Of a DNA stretch of 32,000 nucleotides, positions 1 through 8,771 are shown piece after piece (within the stretch, counting starts at the first letter, position 1; each line of letters starts with the position of its first letter). The DNA comes from Demequinaceae bacterium (GTDB taxonomy: Bacteria; Actinomycetota; Actinomycetes; Actinomycetales; Demequinaceae): positions 1,680,001 through 1,712,000 of the forward strand of contig OZ252279.1 in the NCBI GenBank assembly GCA_965250005.1, given 5' to 3'. A program made the translations under genes and the position numbers. The notes below the pieces were generated by a model that did no database searches, had not been told where the DNA came from, and worked only from the letters and a program-made list of their open reading frames with translations.

Positions 1-1712
1 GGACCGATTCCCCGGTGTTGTCGGGAGAGGCCGTCCGCGCCGCGCGCGCCCAGGCAGCAGATCTGTACGGTGCGGAAACGGTGGCCGACAAGCCCCGCGA
101 GTACACGTCTAAGGACACCAGTGCCCAAGAGGCGCACGAAGCCATCCGACCCGCTGGCGACTCGTTCAAGACGCCCGACCAGATCAAGAGTGACCTGCGC
201 GGCGACGAATTCCGCCTTTACGACCTGATCTGGAAGCGCACGCTCGCCAGCCAAATGAAGGACGCCAAGGGCACCACTTCCACGCTGCGCATCGGCGCGA
301 CGACCGCGGCGCATCATGCTGTCGAGTTTTCCGCGTCCGGAACGATCATCACGTTCCTCGGCTTCCTCGCGGCCTATGAGGAATCCAAAGACAAGTCGCG
401 GTACGACGACGACGACGCGCCAGCCGCCAAGAACAAGGACGACTCGCGCCTGCCCCAACTGGAGCAGGGCGCTGCCGTGACAGCGGCCGAGCTCGAGCCA
501 GTCACGCACGCGACAACGCCGCCCCCGCGTTTCACGCAGGGCTCCATGATCAAGGAACTTGAGGACCGCAAGTTCGGGCGCCCGTCTACGTACGCGGCGA
601 CCGTGGACCTCGTCATCGCGCGCGAGTACGTTCGCGTAGACAAGCAGGCGCTCGTTCCCGAGTGGATCGCATTCTCGATTGTGGGCCTCCTTGAGAAGCA
701 CTTCGACTGGCTGATCGACTACGACTTCACCGCCGACATGGAGGCGGGCCTCGACCGCATCGCGGCCGGCGAACTCGCATCTGTTGACTGGCTCGGCAAG
801 TTCTACCTGGGCGAAGGAACGGACGAGCACGGCCGCGGCGAGGGCCTAAAGCACTTGGTCGAGGACTTGGGCGACATTGACGCCCGCGCCATCAACACAT
901 TCGAGATTGGCGAGGGCATTGACCTGCGCGTCGGCCGCTTTGGGCCGTATGTGGAGCGCCTAGTGGATGGCGAGCCGCAGCGCGCGTCGGTCCCTCCGGA
1001 CATGGCCCCCGACGAGTTGAACGTGAAGAACGCGATCGAAATGCTCGAGACTCAGGGTCAGGACGAGCGCGAGCTTGGCACCCATCCCGAGACCGAACTG
1101 CCGATTATCGCGAAGGCCGGACGCTTCGGCCCCTACGTCACCGAGGTGCTTCCCGAGGACTCCAAGGCGAAGCCCAAGACCGCCTCGCTGTTCAAGTCGA
1201 TGCAGCTGGAGACGCTCACACTCGAGGACGCGGTAGTTCTCATGTCCTTGCCGCGTGTGGTGGGCCGGGACCCGGAGTCCGAGGATGACATCACCGCGCA
1301 GAATGGCCGCTACGGCCCGTACCTGAAGAAGGGCACGGACTCGCGTTCGCTAGAGACCGAGGAGCAGCTGCTGACGGTGACTCTTGAGGAAGCGCTCGCG
1401 ATCTACGCGCAGCCCAAGCGCGGCCGTGGGCGTCCCGTGGCCCCGCCGCTCAAGGAATTGGGCGTGGACCCAAGTAACGAGAAGCCGATAGTCATCAAGG
1501 CCGGCCGCTTTGGTGAGTACATCACCGACGGCGAAACCAACGTGACGATTCCGCGTGGCGAGACTGTCGAAGAGATGGATCACGAGCGCGCGGTCGAACT
1601 GCTCGCCGACAAGCGCGCCAAAGGGCCGGCGAAGAAGAAGCGCCGCGCTCCGGCGAAGAAGAAGCCTGCCGTAAAGAAGGCTGCCGCGAAGAAAGCGGCG
1701 CCCAAGGAGTAG
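1..1712 (+). CDS. topA: DNA topoisomerase I, C-terminal part (5' end lies upstream of the window)
   Basis: The frame is open from base 3, with no stop before the track's GTG at 15, to the TAG at 1710-1712. It has four actinobacterial TopA C-terminal repeats (GRFGPYVE, GRFGPYVT, GRYGPYLK, GRFGEYIT) and a Lys/Ala-rich basic tail (KKKRRAPAKKKPAVKKAAAKKAAPKE). Confidence 0.9.
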   Translation, partial: TDSPVLSGEAVRAARAQAADLYGAETVADKPREYTSKDTSAQEAHEAIRPAGDSFKTPDQIKSDLRGDEFRLYDLIWKRTLASQMKDAKGTTSTLRIGATTAAHHAVEFSASGTIITFLGFLAAYEESKDKSRYDDDDAPAAKNKDDSRLPQLEQGAAVTAAELEPVTHATTPPPRFTQGSMIKELEDRKFGRPSTYAATVDLVIAREYVRVDKQALVPEWIAFSIVGLLEKHFDWLIDYDFTADMEAGLDRIAAGELASVDWLGKFYLGEGTDEHGRGEGLKHLVEDLGDIDARAINTFEIGEGIDLRVGRFGPYVERLVDGEPQRASVPPDMAPDELNVKNAIEMLETQGQDERELGTHPETELPIIAKAGRFGPYVTEVLPEDSKAKPKTASLFKSMQLETLTLEDAVVLMSLPRVVGRDPESEDDITAQNGRYGPYLKKGTDSRSLETEEQLLTVTLEEALAIYAQPKRGRGRPVAPPLKELGVDPSNEKPIVIKAGRFGEYITDGETNVTIPRGETVEEMDHERAVELLADKRAKGPAKKKRRAPAKKKPAVKKAAAKKAAPKE

Positions 1713-1852
1713 GGGCGCCGAAGACGCAACGTACCGTCCCGTTGGCCTCACTCCACCCCCGAGGACTGTGGGGCGGCGTATGTATTGTTCTCAGCAAACT
1801 CCCAGGGTGCCGTGGTCTAGTTTCACTAGGCCCGCAACCGATGGAGGCGCAC

Positions 1853-2836
1853 ATGCAGAAGTTTTCGCCCGTGAAACGCCGGGCGCCATCGCCTCGGCGC
1901 GCACGCCGTCGCGCGGTCGCCGTTGGGTATGCAGCGATCACGGTGGTCGTTTTTGCCGCAGGTTGCGGCGCAGTCCAGTCCGCCGCGTCAGCGTCCGAGC
2001 CGACGGGAACTGATGCGGTAGCCACCGTCGACGAACACGACGAGACTACGCACGGCGACAACACCGAGTGCTTCGAAGCCGTCGACCATGCGACGTCGTT
2101 CTGCACGGACGAGCTACTGGTGATCGAGTCTGATGGGCTTCCGTACCACCTCGTCATGGTGGGAGTCGACGAAGGCGGATGGAACGGCCAGTGGCCCGAG
2201 GCACAGGATTACACGGGCGACAACGCGTTCGAGTTACCGTTGTGGCCCAGCTTGCTTGAGAACCCCGTGATCATTGTTCGCAACGCGGCTGGCGTCGCCG
2301 CGAATGGCGTCCCAATCTTCCTTCCGCAGTCACCCGGCAAACTGGGCAGCGCCGAGTGCCTCGACATCGAGCTCTTGGGAGAGTACGAGGCACAGGGCGA
2401 GTGCGTGCGCGACCCGGTGGTCGCTGGGGAAATGGACGATTGCGGCGGGCACACGGGTCGCGGGAACGACTACCACTACCACTCCGCGCCCACGTGCCTG
2501 CTTGAGACGCTGAGTGCCGACGCGATAGCCGGGTTCATGATGGATGGCGTGGCGATCTATGCTGAGCCGATCGAAGGCTCGACGGCGTACAACTCGTGCG
2601 GCGGCTATGTGTCGCCCGACGGGGAAGTGCACTACGCGTTCACCGCTGCATATCCCTACGTTACTAACTGCCTGATCGGCGGATTTGATGAAGGCCCCCG
2701 GACCTCCGGTAGCGACGTATACACCGGCGGCTTCAGCCACACCGAGCTCGGCGGAATCATCGGGTACTCGACGGACGGCGACTGCCACGTCATGGAATTC
2801 GCCTCGGGCCGCGTGCTCGAGTACTGCCACAGCTAG
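1853..2836 (+). CDS. YHYH-motif protein, predicted lipoprotein (function unknown)
   Basis: The protein carries CGGHTGRGNDYHYHS, which matches the YHYH family signature as I recall it. Its N-terminus is basic (KRRAPSPRRARRR), followed by a hydrophobic stretch ending in the lipobox-like AAGC. GGAGG at 1843-1847 lies 5 nt before the ATG at 1853. The track start at 1742 and the ATG at 1841 are less likely. Confidence 0.8.
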   Translation: MQKFSPVKRRAPSPRRARRRAVAVGYAAITVVVFAAGCGAVQSAASASEPTGTDAVATVDEHDETTHGDNTECFEAVDHATSFCTDELLVIESDGLPYHLVMVGVDEGGWNGQWPEAQDYTGDNAFELPLWPSLLENPVIIVRNAAGVAANGVPIFLPQSPGKLGSAECLDIELLGEYEAQGECVRDPVVAGEMDDCGGHTGRGNDYHYHSAPTCLLETLSADAIAGFMMDGVAIYAEPIEGSTAYNSCGGYVSPDGEVHYAFTAAYPYVTNCLIGGFDEGPRTSGSDVYTGGFSHTELGGIIGYSTDGDCHVMEFASGRVLEYCHS

Positions 2837-2848
2837 CAAGGAGACCTC

Positions 2849-3577
2849 ATGCCCGACGCACATTTCATCGGCGCAGCCACCGCGTTGGCGTTGATTCTTA
2901 CCGGTTGCGCGAGCGTGACGGATGGCACAGTTCAACCGACGGGTGGCGGTGCTGCCGACGCCCCCTCCGATACGGACGCCTCCTCGAACGGCGAGCAAGC
3001 ATTCCGCGTCGACGTCTGGGCGGACAACTGGTTTTCCGTGAGCGTCAACGGCGAACGCGTCGGAGAGGACTCAGTTTCGATCACCACCGAGCGGTCGTTC
3101 AACGCCGAGTCGTTCACGTTCGATGCTAGGTACCCGCTCACGGTGGCCTTCGTGGCCAAGGATTTCAAGGAGGACGACACGGGACTCGAGTACATCGGTA
3201 CCGACCGTCAGCAAATGGGTGACGGCGGCATCATCTTCCAGATCGTTGACCTCGCTACGGGCGATGTGATCGCGGCGAGCGATGGCGCGTGGCAGGTGCT
3301 CGTCACGCACGCAGCGCCTCTCGACAAATCGTGCGAGAAGTCCGGCAACCCCACGGTGGACTGTGAGTTTTCCACGACCGCTACGCCAGCAGACTGGGAC
3401 CAACGGGGATTCGACACGTCGGGCTGGGATGCTGCAACATTGTGGAGCGAGGGCGCCGTTGGACCCAAGGACGGCTATGACAAAATCTCGTGGGATGCCT
3501 CAGCGAATCTGATCTGGGGAGGTGACTTGGAGACCGACAACACCATTCTTTTGGTCGCTCAGATCGCGGCGCCGTAG
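2849..3577 (+). CDS. Predicted lipoprotein, unknown function (possible beta-sandwich or sugar-binding-like domain)
   Basis: AAGGAG at 2838-2843 lies 5 nt before the ATG. The signal peptide ends in the lipobox LTGC. The gene starts 12 nt after the previous stop. I recognise no family motif; the fold guess rests only on W/D/G-rich segments (FDTSGWDAATLW). Confidence 0.7.
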   Translation: MPDAHFIGAATALALILTGCASVTDGTVQPTGGGAADAPSDTDASSNGEQAFRVDVWADNWFSVSVNGERVGEDSVSITTERSFNAESFTFDARYPLTVAFVAKDFKEDDTGLEYIGTDRQQMGDGGIIFQIVDLATGDVIAASDGAWQVLVTHAAPLDKSCEKSGNPTVDCEFSTTATPADWDQRGFDTSGWDAATLWSEGAVGPKDGYDKISWDASANLIWGGDLETDNTILLVAQIAAP

Positions 3578-3619
3578 GGCGCGAAGCGGTCTGTGTGCGC
3601 CCAGAGGTAGCGTGGTGCT

Positions 3620-4621
3620 GTGACTCAGAAAATGCCGGAGCCCATGTACGCGCCCGCCATTCGCTGGGGGATTCTCGGAGCAGGCGCAATCGCCCGCACA
3701 TTTGCCGACGCGATCACCAATCACACCCAATCAACCCTCGCGGCAGTGGGCGCACGCGAACTTGCGCGCGCCGAGGCTTTTTCCCAGGAGTTTGGAGCGG
3801 AGAAGGCCCACGGCTCGTACGAGGAACTCGCGGCAGACTCGGACATTGACGCGATTTACGTGGCGACCCCGCACAGCCACCACCACGATCATGCGTTGAT
3901 TGCCATCGCCGGAGGCAAGCACATTCTGGTCGAGAAGTCGTTTACGCGCAACGCCCGCGAGGCGAACGCTGTGTTTGATGCGGCCGAAGAGGCCGGGGTC
4001 TTCTGTATGGAGGCGATGTTGACGCGGTTCCTGCCGTCCATGCAGGGGATCAAGCGCGTAGTGGACAGCGGCGAGATTGGTCGAGTGATCTTGGTTGAGG
4101 CGGATCTCGGCCAGCCCATCGCCCACGTGGCGCGCATGAAGGACCGCGAACTCGCGGGCGGCGCGCTCCTAGATCTGGGCGTGTATGCGATCTCGTTTGC
4201 GCACTACATTCTGGGTGTGCCCAACACCGTGACCGCGGTGGGTCAACTCACCGACGAGGGCGTAGACGGCCAAGTGGCAATGGTGCTCGACTATGGCGAT
4301 GAGGGGCAGGCAGTGCTCCACACAACTATGTGGGCACGTACCCCATGCCGCGCGGTCATCGCGGGAACCAAGGGTCGCATCGAGATCGACGGCGGTTTCC
4401 CCGTACCCACGTCTTACCGCGTGATTCTGCAAACCGGAGAGTCGCGCGAGATTGACGGCCGGGCAGAAAACTGGCTCCAGTACGAGGCAGCCGAAGTCGC
4501 TCGCCGAATCGCCGTCAAGTCCACACAATCCGACGTTCTCACGCGCGAGGATACCGTAGCGATCATGCGCACGATGGATGAGGTCCGCGCACACATTGGC
4601 GTCGTGTTTCCGGGCGAGTAG
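3620..4621 (+). CDS. Gfo/Idh/MocA-family NAD(P)-dependent oxidoreductase
   Basis: The N-terminal Rossmann motif is IRWGILGAGAIARTF, and the EKSF motif (LVEKSFT) is typical of the family. The start is uncertain: GTG at 3620, ATG at 3632, or ATG at 3644 (which has GGAG 4 nt upstream). Confidence 0.85.
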   Translation: MTQKMPEPMYAPAIRWGILGAGAIARTFADAITNHTQSTLAAVGARELARAEAFSQEFGAEKAHGSYEELAADSDIDAIYVATPHSHHHDHALIAIAGGKHILVEKSFTRNAREANAVFDAAEEAGVFCMEAMLTRFLPSMQGIKRVVDSGEIGRVILVEADLGQPIAHVARMKDRELAGGALLDLGVYAISFAHYILGVPNTVTAVGQLTDEGVDGQVAMVLDYGDEGQAVLHTTMWARTPCRAVIAGTKGRIEIDGGFPVPTSYRVILQTGESREIDGRAENWLQYEAAEVARRIAVKSTQSDVLTREDTVAIMRTMDEVRAHIGVVFPGE

Positions 4622-4657
4622 GGGCCAGGCCGCGCGGGAATCGTCGCACCGTGCCGG

Positions 4658-4663
4658 TAGCGT
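4658..4663 (+). promoter_or_regulatory. Candidate -10 box (TAGCGT) placing the TSS at or next to the tmk ATG (possibly leaderless)
   Basis: This TANNNT hexamer ends 6 nt before the ATG at 4670, and no Shine-Dalgarno sits at a usable distance. It has the same TAGCNT form as the conserved hexamers upstream of both NlpC/P60 genes. Confidence 0.3.
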
Positions 4664-4669
4664 AGGGGC

Positions 4670-5302
4670 ATGACCTCGCGCGGACTCTTTGTTGTTGTCG
4701 AAGGAGGCGACGGCGTCGGCAAATCGACTCAGCAGACCCTCCTCGTCGAATGGCTTCGGGGTGCCGACGGCGGCGCGCGCCAGGTAGTCGAAACCTGCGA
4801 ACCCGGAGGAACAGAACTGGGGATCGAGCTTCGCCAGGCGATCATGCACGGGGGCCACGTGGCGCCGCGTGCCGAGGCCCTGCTTTACGCTGCGGACCGC
4901 GCCCACCACATCGCCACAAAGGTGAGGCCCGCGCTTGAGCGAGGCGATATCGTGCTCCAGGATCGCTACGTCGATTCGTCAATCGTCTACCAAGGCGGCG
5001 CGCGCGGACTAGGGGACCAGATCGGGGAAATCTCTCGATGGGCGACAGAGGGACTTGTTCCGGACCTCACCGTGCTGCTCGACATGGCACCCGCCGAGCA
5101 CCGAATGGACCGAAATCTAGACAGGGTCGAGGCCGAGACCGCCCAGCACGCCGCTCAGATCCGCGCCAACTACCTCGCGCTCGCGGGCGCGGATCCCGAT
5201 CGATACGCCGTCATTGATGCCGCGCGCGACGTGGCCGACGTTCAGGTCGATGTGCGCGCCGCGGTCGCCGCAGCACTCAGTGCTCACGGTGACGAGCAGT
5301 AG
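4670..5302 (+). CDS. tmk: Thymidylate kinase
   Basis: The P-loop is FVVVEGGDGVGKST. The DRY motif (LQDRYVDSS) is present, and the length is about 210 aa. Confidence 0.9.
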   Translation: MTSRGLFVVVEGGDGVGKSTQQTLLVEWLRGADGGARQVVETCEPGGTELGIELRQAIMHGGHVAPRAEALLYAADRAHHIATKVRPALERGDIVLQDRYVDSSIVYQGGARGLGDQIGEISRWATEGLVPDLTVLLDMAPAEHRMDRNLDRVEAETAQHAAQIRANYLALAGADPDRYAVIDAARDVADVQVDVRAAVAAALSAHGDEQ

Positions 5303-5305
5303 CGC

Positions 5306-6460
5306 ATGAGTGTCTGGGACCAAGTGGTGGGCCAGGGTGACGCTGTCGCTCCGCTGCGCGCTGCAGTCGCTGACCCGACGGCGATGACCCATGCCTGGCT
5401 CATTATCGGCCCGCCGGGATCGGGGCGCTCCATTGCCGCACGCGCGTTTGCCGCTGCCCTGCAGTGCAAACTGGGTGGTTGCGCGCAGTGTCGCGCCTGC
5501 GTCACCGCGATCGATGGCGCGCACCCCGACGTCACACTCGTGGCTACGGACAAAGTCACCATCTCCGTGGACGAGGTGCGCGCACTCGTGAGCGCGGCTC
5601 AGAGCGCCCCAAGCGACGGGCGATGGCGAGTTATCGTAATCGAAGACGCCGATCGCATGACCGAGCGGACCTCGAACGTGCTCCTCAAGTCCATCGAAGA
5701 ACCACCTCCGCGCACGGTCTGGGTGCTGTGCGCGCCTAGCGCACAAGACGTCACTATCACCATCCGATCGCGATGCCGCCCCGTCGCCTTGCACATTCCC
5801 GACGCGCAGGTGGTGGCGCAGCTGCTTGTCGAGCGTGACGGGGTAGACCCGGATCTCGCCATCGAGTGCGCGCTCGCCGCGCAGAGCCACATAGGAGTGG
5901 CTCGCAGGCTCGCAAGAGTTCCCGAGGCGCGCGCCCGGCGGTCCCAGGTGCTTGCGCTCGCCACCGAGATCCGCGGCGTCGGTGACGCGATCCTTGCCGC
6001 AGCAGACCTCGCGAGTGTGGCCGAGAAAGATGCGAAAGCCGCGACAGAGGAGCGTGATGCGACGGAGAAAGCTTCGCTGTTGGCTGTCCTCGGGGTGGCG
6101 GAAGGCGGGCGACTCCCGCCAACGCTTCGCGCACAAGTGCGACAGCTTGAGGAAGACCAGAAGCGTCGTGCGACCCGACATAAGCGCGACGTGGTTGATA
6201 GGGCGCTGCTGGACTTGCTGTCGCTCTACCGAGATGTCGCTGCAATGCAGATCGGTGCAGACGTCCCGCTCGTCAATGAATCGCACAGCGGTCACGTGCA
6301 GGCACTCGCTGCCCAGTCAACGCTCGCGCACACCGTCGCGCGCATGGATGCAATCGGAACGGCCCGCGAGAGGCTCGCAGGAAACGTCGCGCCAGTCCTC
6401 GCACTCGAGGCCATGGCGCTCGCTCTACGTCCCGTGCCCGCACTACGTCAGTTAGCGTAG
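5306..6460 (+). CDS. holB: DNA polymerase III subunit delta'
   Basis: It has an AAA+ clamp-loader N-terminus (HAWLIIGPPGSGRS), the Cys cluster CKLGGCAQCRAC, and VIVIEDADRMT. It lies 3 nt downstream of tmk. Confidence 0.88.
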   Translation: MSVWDQVVGQGDAVAPLRAAVADPTAMTHAWLIIGPPGSGRSIAARAFAAALQCKLGGCAQCRACVTAIDGAHPDVTLVATDKVTISVDEVRALVSAAQSAPSDGRWRVIVIEDADRMTERTSNVLLKSIEEPPPRTVWVLCAPSAQDVTITIRSRCRPVALHIPDAQVVAQLLVERDGVDPDLAIECALAAQSHIGVARRLARVPEARARRSQVLALATEIRGVGDAILAAADLASVAEKDAKAATEERDATEKASLLAVLGVAEGGRLPPTLRAQVRQLEEDQKRRATRHKRDVVDRALLDLLSLYRDVAAMQIGADVPLVNESHSGHVQALAAQSTLAHTVARMDAIGTARERLAGNVAPVLALEAMALALRPVPALRQLA

Positions 6461-6464
6461 AGCC

Positions 6465-8009
6465 ATGAGTCCCCACCGCCGCACTGCCGCGCTCGCGTTC
6501 ACATTAGGCGCCGCCCTTTTGCTTTCTGCGTGCCTGCCCAGCCTGGAACAGGTGTCTCCCGACGACGCCCTCCCGTGGCCTGGGGGAGACATGGAAGAGA
6601 CCGGTGGCGACCCGGACACTTCACGCGTGTACGGGCAGACAGTGGAGTGGAGCGAATGCGGTGCTTTGGAGTGCTCCACCATCGTGGTGCCGCTCGATTG
6701 GTCGAACCCGAATGGGCAGACCATCACGCTCGCGATCAATCGGTTTCGCGCAGGCGACCAAGGCAATCGGCTCGGTACCGTTGTGATCAATCCCGGCGGA
6801 CCTGGGGGCTCGGGACTTGAACTCACCGAGTATTTTTCGTCGTTCGCTGGCGAGCGGTTGCTGGAGCATTACGACATCGTGGGCTTCGACCCGCGCGGCG
6901 TCGGCCAGTCGTCGCCGGTCAATTGTGGCGACGCGGACGAACTGAACGCGTTCTTCCTATCGGACAGTTTCGCCACGACGTCAGCGGAGATCGACCAGCA
7001 GATTGCTACCAACGAAGCGTTCGCCTCGCGGTGCCGAGAGCTCACAGGGCCCCTTATCGCAAACGTTGACACCGCGTCGGCTGCGCGGGACATGGATGTG
7101 ATCCGCGCTCTTGTCGGCGACGAAGAGCTGCACTACCTTGGATTCTCCTACGGCTCACAGTTGGGCGCGACGTATGCAGTTCTGTATCCCCAGAATGTGG
7201 GTCACCTGGTACTCGACGGCGCCGTGGACTTCCTGCTGCCGCCTGAGGAGCTTTCCGAGACACAAGCTTCTGGCTTCGAACTAGCCCTCGAGAACTACAT
7301 TGCCGACTGCATCAGCGGCGACGAGTGCCCGCTTCCTAGCGACCCCACTCTGTCCAAGCGCCTCATCCGAGACGTCATCATCGAGGCGCGCGACCAGGGA
7401 ATTCCGACGGACGGCGAAGACCTCAACGGCACTCTCATGATTTACGGCATTGTCGTGACGCTCTACGACGAAGCCAGCTGGCCGTACCTGTCTGAGGCGC
7501 TTGACGAGACCATCAATTCAGGAACCGGCAGGGACTTCCTCCAGCTGGCGAACTTCTATCTGGACCGCAACACTGCTGGCGAATACTTGACCAATTCCAC
7601 CGAAGCTTTCAACGCGATCAGTTGCCTCGACGAGCCCGATCAGCCTGCCTGGACCATCGAGGAACTCCGCGCGTATCAGCGTGATTCGAACAAGAGTTCA
7701 CCCACCTTTGGATGGTGGTTCTCGGGCACTGTCGGCTGCGATGGCTGGCCATGGACGGCGAAAGAGATCATCGATGACATCACGCCGGCGACAATGGCGG
7801 GCCCCATTCTGATCATTGGCACGACTGGCGACCCGGCAACGCCGATTGAGTGGGCTGAATCCCTCTCGGAACGACTTCCGAACGGCTCGCTCCTGGTCTA
7901 CGACGGCGAGGGACACACGGCCTACGGCCGCTCGAATGACTGCATTGTCGACGCAGTTGACGCCTACTTTGTGGATGATATTGTCCCCGATTCTGGAAAG
8001 CAGTGCTGA
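6465..8009 (+). CDS. Secreted alpha/beta-hydrolase peptidase (S33, tripeptidyl-aminopeptidase-like), predicted lipoprotein
   Basis: The signal peptide ends in the lipobox LSAC. The oxyanion region is NPGGPGGSG and the nucleophile elbow is GFSYGS. The C-terminal region (GTTGDPATP...GEGHT) resembles the TAP-like C-terminal domain. Confidence 0.85.
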   Translation: MSPHRRTAALAFTLGAALLLSACLPSLEQVSPDDALPWPGGDMEETGGDPDTSRVYGQTVEWSECGALECSTIVVPLDWSNPNGQTITLAINRFRAGDQGNRLGTVVINPGGPGGSGLELTEYFSSFAGERLLEHYDIVGFDPRGVGQSSPVNCGDADELNAFFLSDSFATTSAEIDQQIATNEAFASRCRELTGPLIANVDTASAARDMDVIRALVGDEELHYLGFSYGSQLGATYAVLYPQNVGHLVLDGAVDFLLPPEELSETQASGFELALENYIADCISGDECPLPSDPTLSKRLIRDVIIEARDQGIPTDGEDLNGTLMIYGIVVTLYDEASWPYLSEALDETINSGTGRDFLQLANFYLDRNTAGEYLTNSTEAFNAISCLDEPDQPAWTIEELRAYQRDSNKSSPTFGWWFSGTVGCDGWPWTAKEIIDDITPATMAGPILIIGTTGDPATPIEWAESLSERLPNGSLLVYDGEGHTAYGRSNDCIVDAVDAYFVDDIVPDSGKQC

Positions 8010-8051
8010 CCGGATAGACTCTTGCCTCGTTATCGCGCACGTCGCGAGCAC

Positions 8052-8124
8052 GCCGCCTTAGCTCAGTCGGCAGAGCGTCTCACTCGTAATGAGAAGGTCG
8101 TGGGTTCGATTCCCACAGGCGGCT
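8052..8124 (+). tRNA. tRNA-Thr (anticodon CGT)
   Basis: It folds by hand into a cloverleaf. The acceptor stem GCCGCCT pairs with AGGCGGC; the D arm is GCTC-AGTCGGC-AGAGC; the anticodon arm is TCTCA-CTCGTAA-TGAGA; the T arm is GTGGG-TTCGATT-CCCAC; the discriminator is T. CCA is not encoded. Confidence 0.93.
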
Positions 8125-8130
8125 CCGTCT

Positions 8131-8160
8131 GCCCCGGTCATTTGTGACCGGGGCTTTCTG
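8131..8160 (+). terminator. Rho-independent terminator after tRNA-Thr
   Basis: A perfect 10-bp stem (GCCCCGGTCA / TGACCGGGGC) with loop TTTG is followed by TTTCTG. Confidence 0.7.
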
Positions 8161-8236
8161 CCTGGTGCACGCGGGAGCCGACGGCCCCCACACACGCGAA
8201 ACACGCGTAGCGTACGCTGGGGGTGGAGGATACGCC

Positions 8237-8704
8237 TTGAGCAAGACATCAACCCGCCACGGTCCTCGATTGAGGAGGTCGGTAGTCCTAGGCGTGCTCG
8301 CACTAGGCATCGCTGCGATCGCCGTGGCGTCCGCGACGCAACTCAGTGTCACGTCAAACGATCTCCAGGTAGAGAAGGAAACGCGTTGTGACGACGGCGT
8401 GCTCAGCGTCACAGTGGAGGCGGCTGGCCCCGCCGGTCCCCAGAGATCGGCGGTCGTAAGCGGATACGGATCCGCGTGTAACGGCCTCGAGTTCTTTGTT
8501 GCGGTTGAGCACAACAATGGCAGCATTATTGGCGAGGGAACGGCCACGTGCGGCCCCTCCCCGTGCACCATCGTGACGGATCGCTACAACGGCCGGCGCG
8601 TAGTTGACGCGCACGTCATGATTGATACATGGGGTGTGCCTGCTGATTGGACTGCGACTTGCTACAACCCACCCGGGCCGGTCCGGTGGCAGTGCGTCCC
8701 ATAG
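8237..8704 (+). CDS. Small Cys-rich secreted or membrane-anchored protein, unknown function
   Basis: GGAGGA at 8225-8230 lies 6 nt before an in-frame TTG at 8237. The N-terminus is RLRRSVVLGVLALGIAAIAVASA (signal or anchor), and the mature part has 6 Cys. The track start at 8144 lies inside the tRNA terminator hairpin, so I rejected it. I recognise no family. Confidence 0.55.
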   Translation: MSKTSTRHGPRLRRSVVLGVLALGIAAIAVASATQLSVTSNDLQVEKETRCDDGVLSVTVEAAGPAGPQRSAVVSGYGSACNGLEFFVAVEHNNGSIIGEGTATCGPSPCTIVTDRYNGRRVVDAHVMIDTWGVPADWTATCYNPPGPVRWQCVP

Positions 8705-8771
8705 GTCGCGCTGCGTGACGGCAAACTGAGCGTTCGTTTGCGGTCGGTGGTGCAGAAGTTGCACGATTCCT

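Noticed and set aside
1742-1852. Upstream-extended track starts for several genes: 1742 (YHYH gene), 13073 (metX), 21762 (folE), 22313 (folP), 24337 (4-TM protein), 8144 (small secreted protein).
   Set aside because: The extensions are Arg/Pro-rich, overlap the preceding gene or a terminator hairpin, and lack ribosome-binding sites. Internal starts have good Shine-Dalgarno spacing and match the family N-termini.
5117-6295. Long antisense ORFs opposite well-supported genes: 5117-6295(-), 4169-4909(-), 8354-9019(-), 17834-18733(-), 26497-27711(-), 29581-30720(-), 15421-15939(-), and many shorter ones in the track.
   Set aside because: These are typical shadow ORFs of a GC-rich genome. Their products are Arg/Pro/Ala/Gly-rich with no recognisable motifs. 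Each is fully overlapped by a gene with strong family signatures on the other strand.
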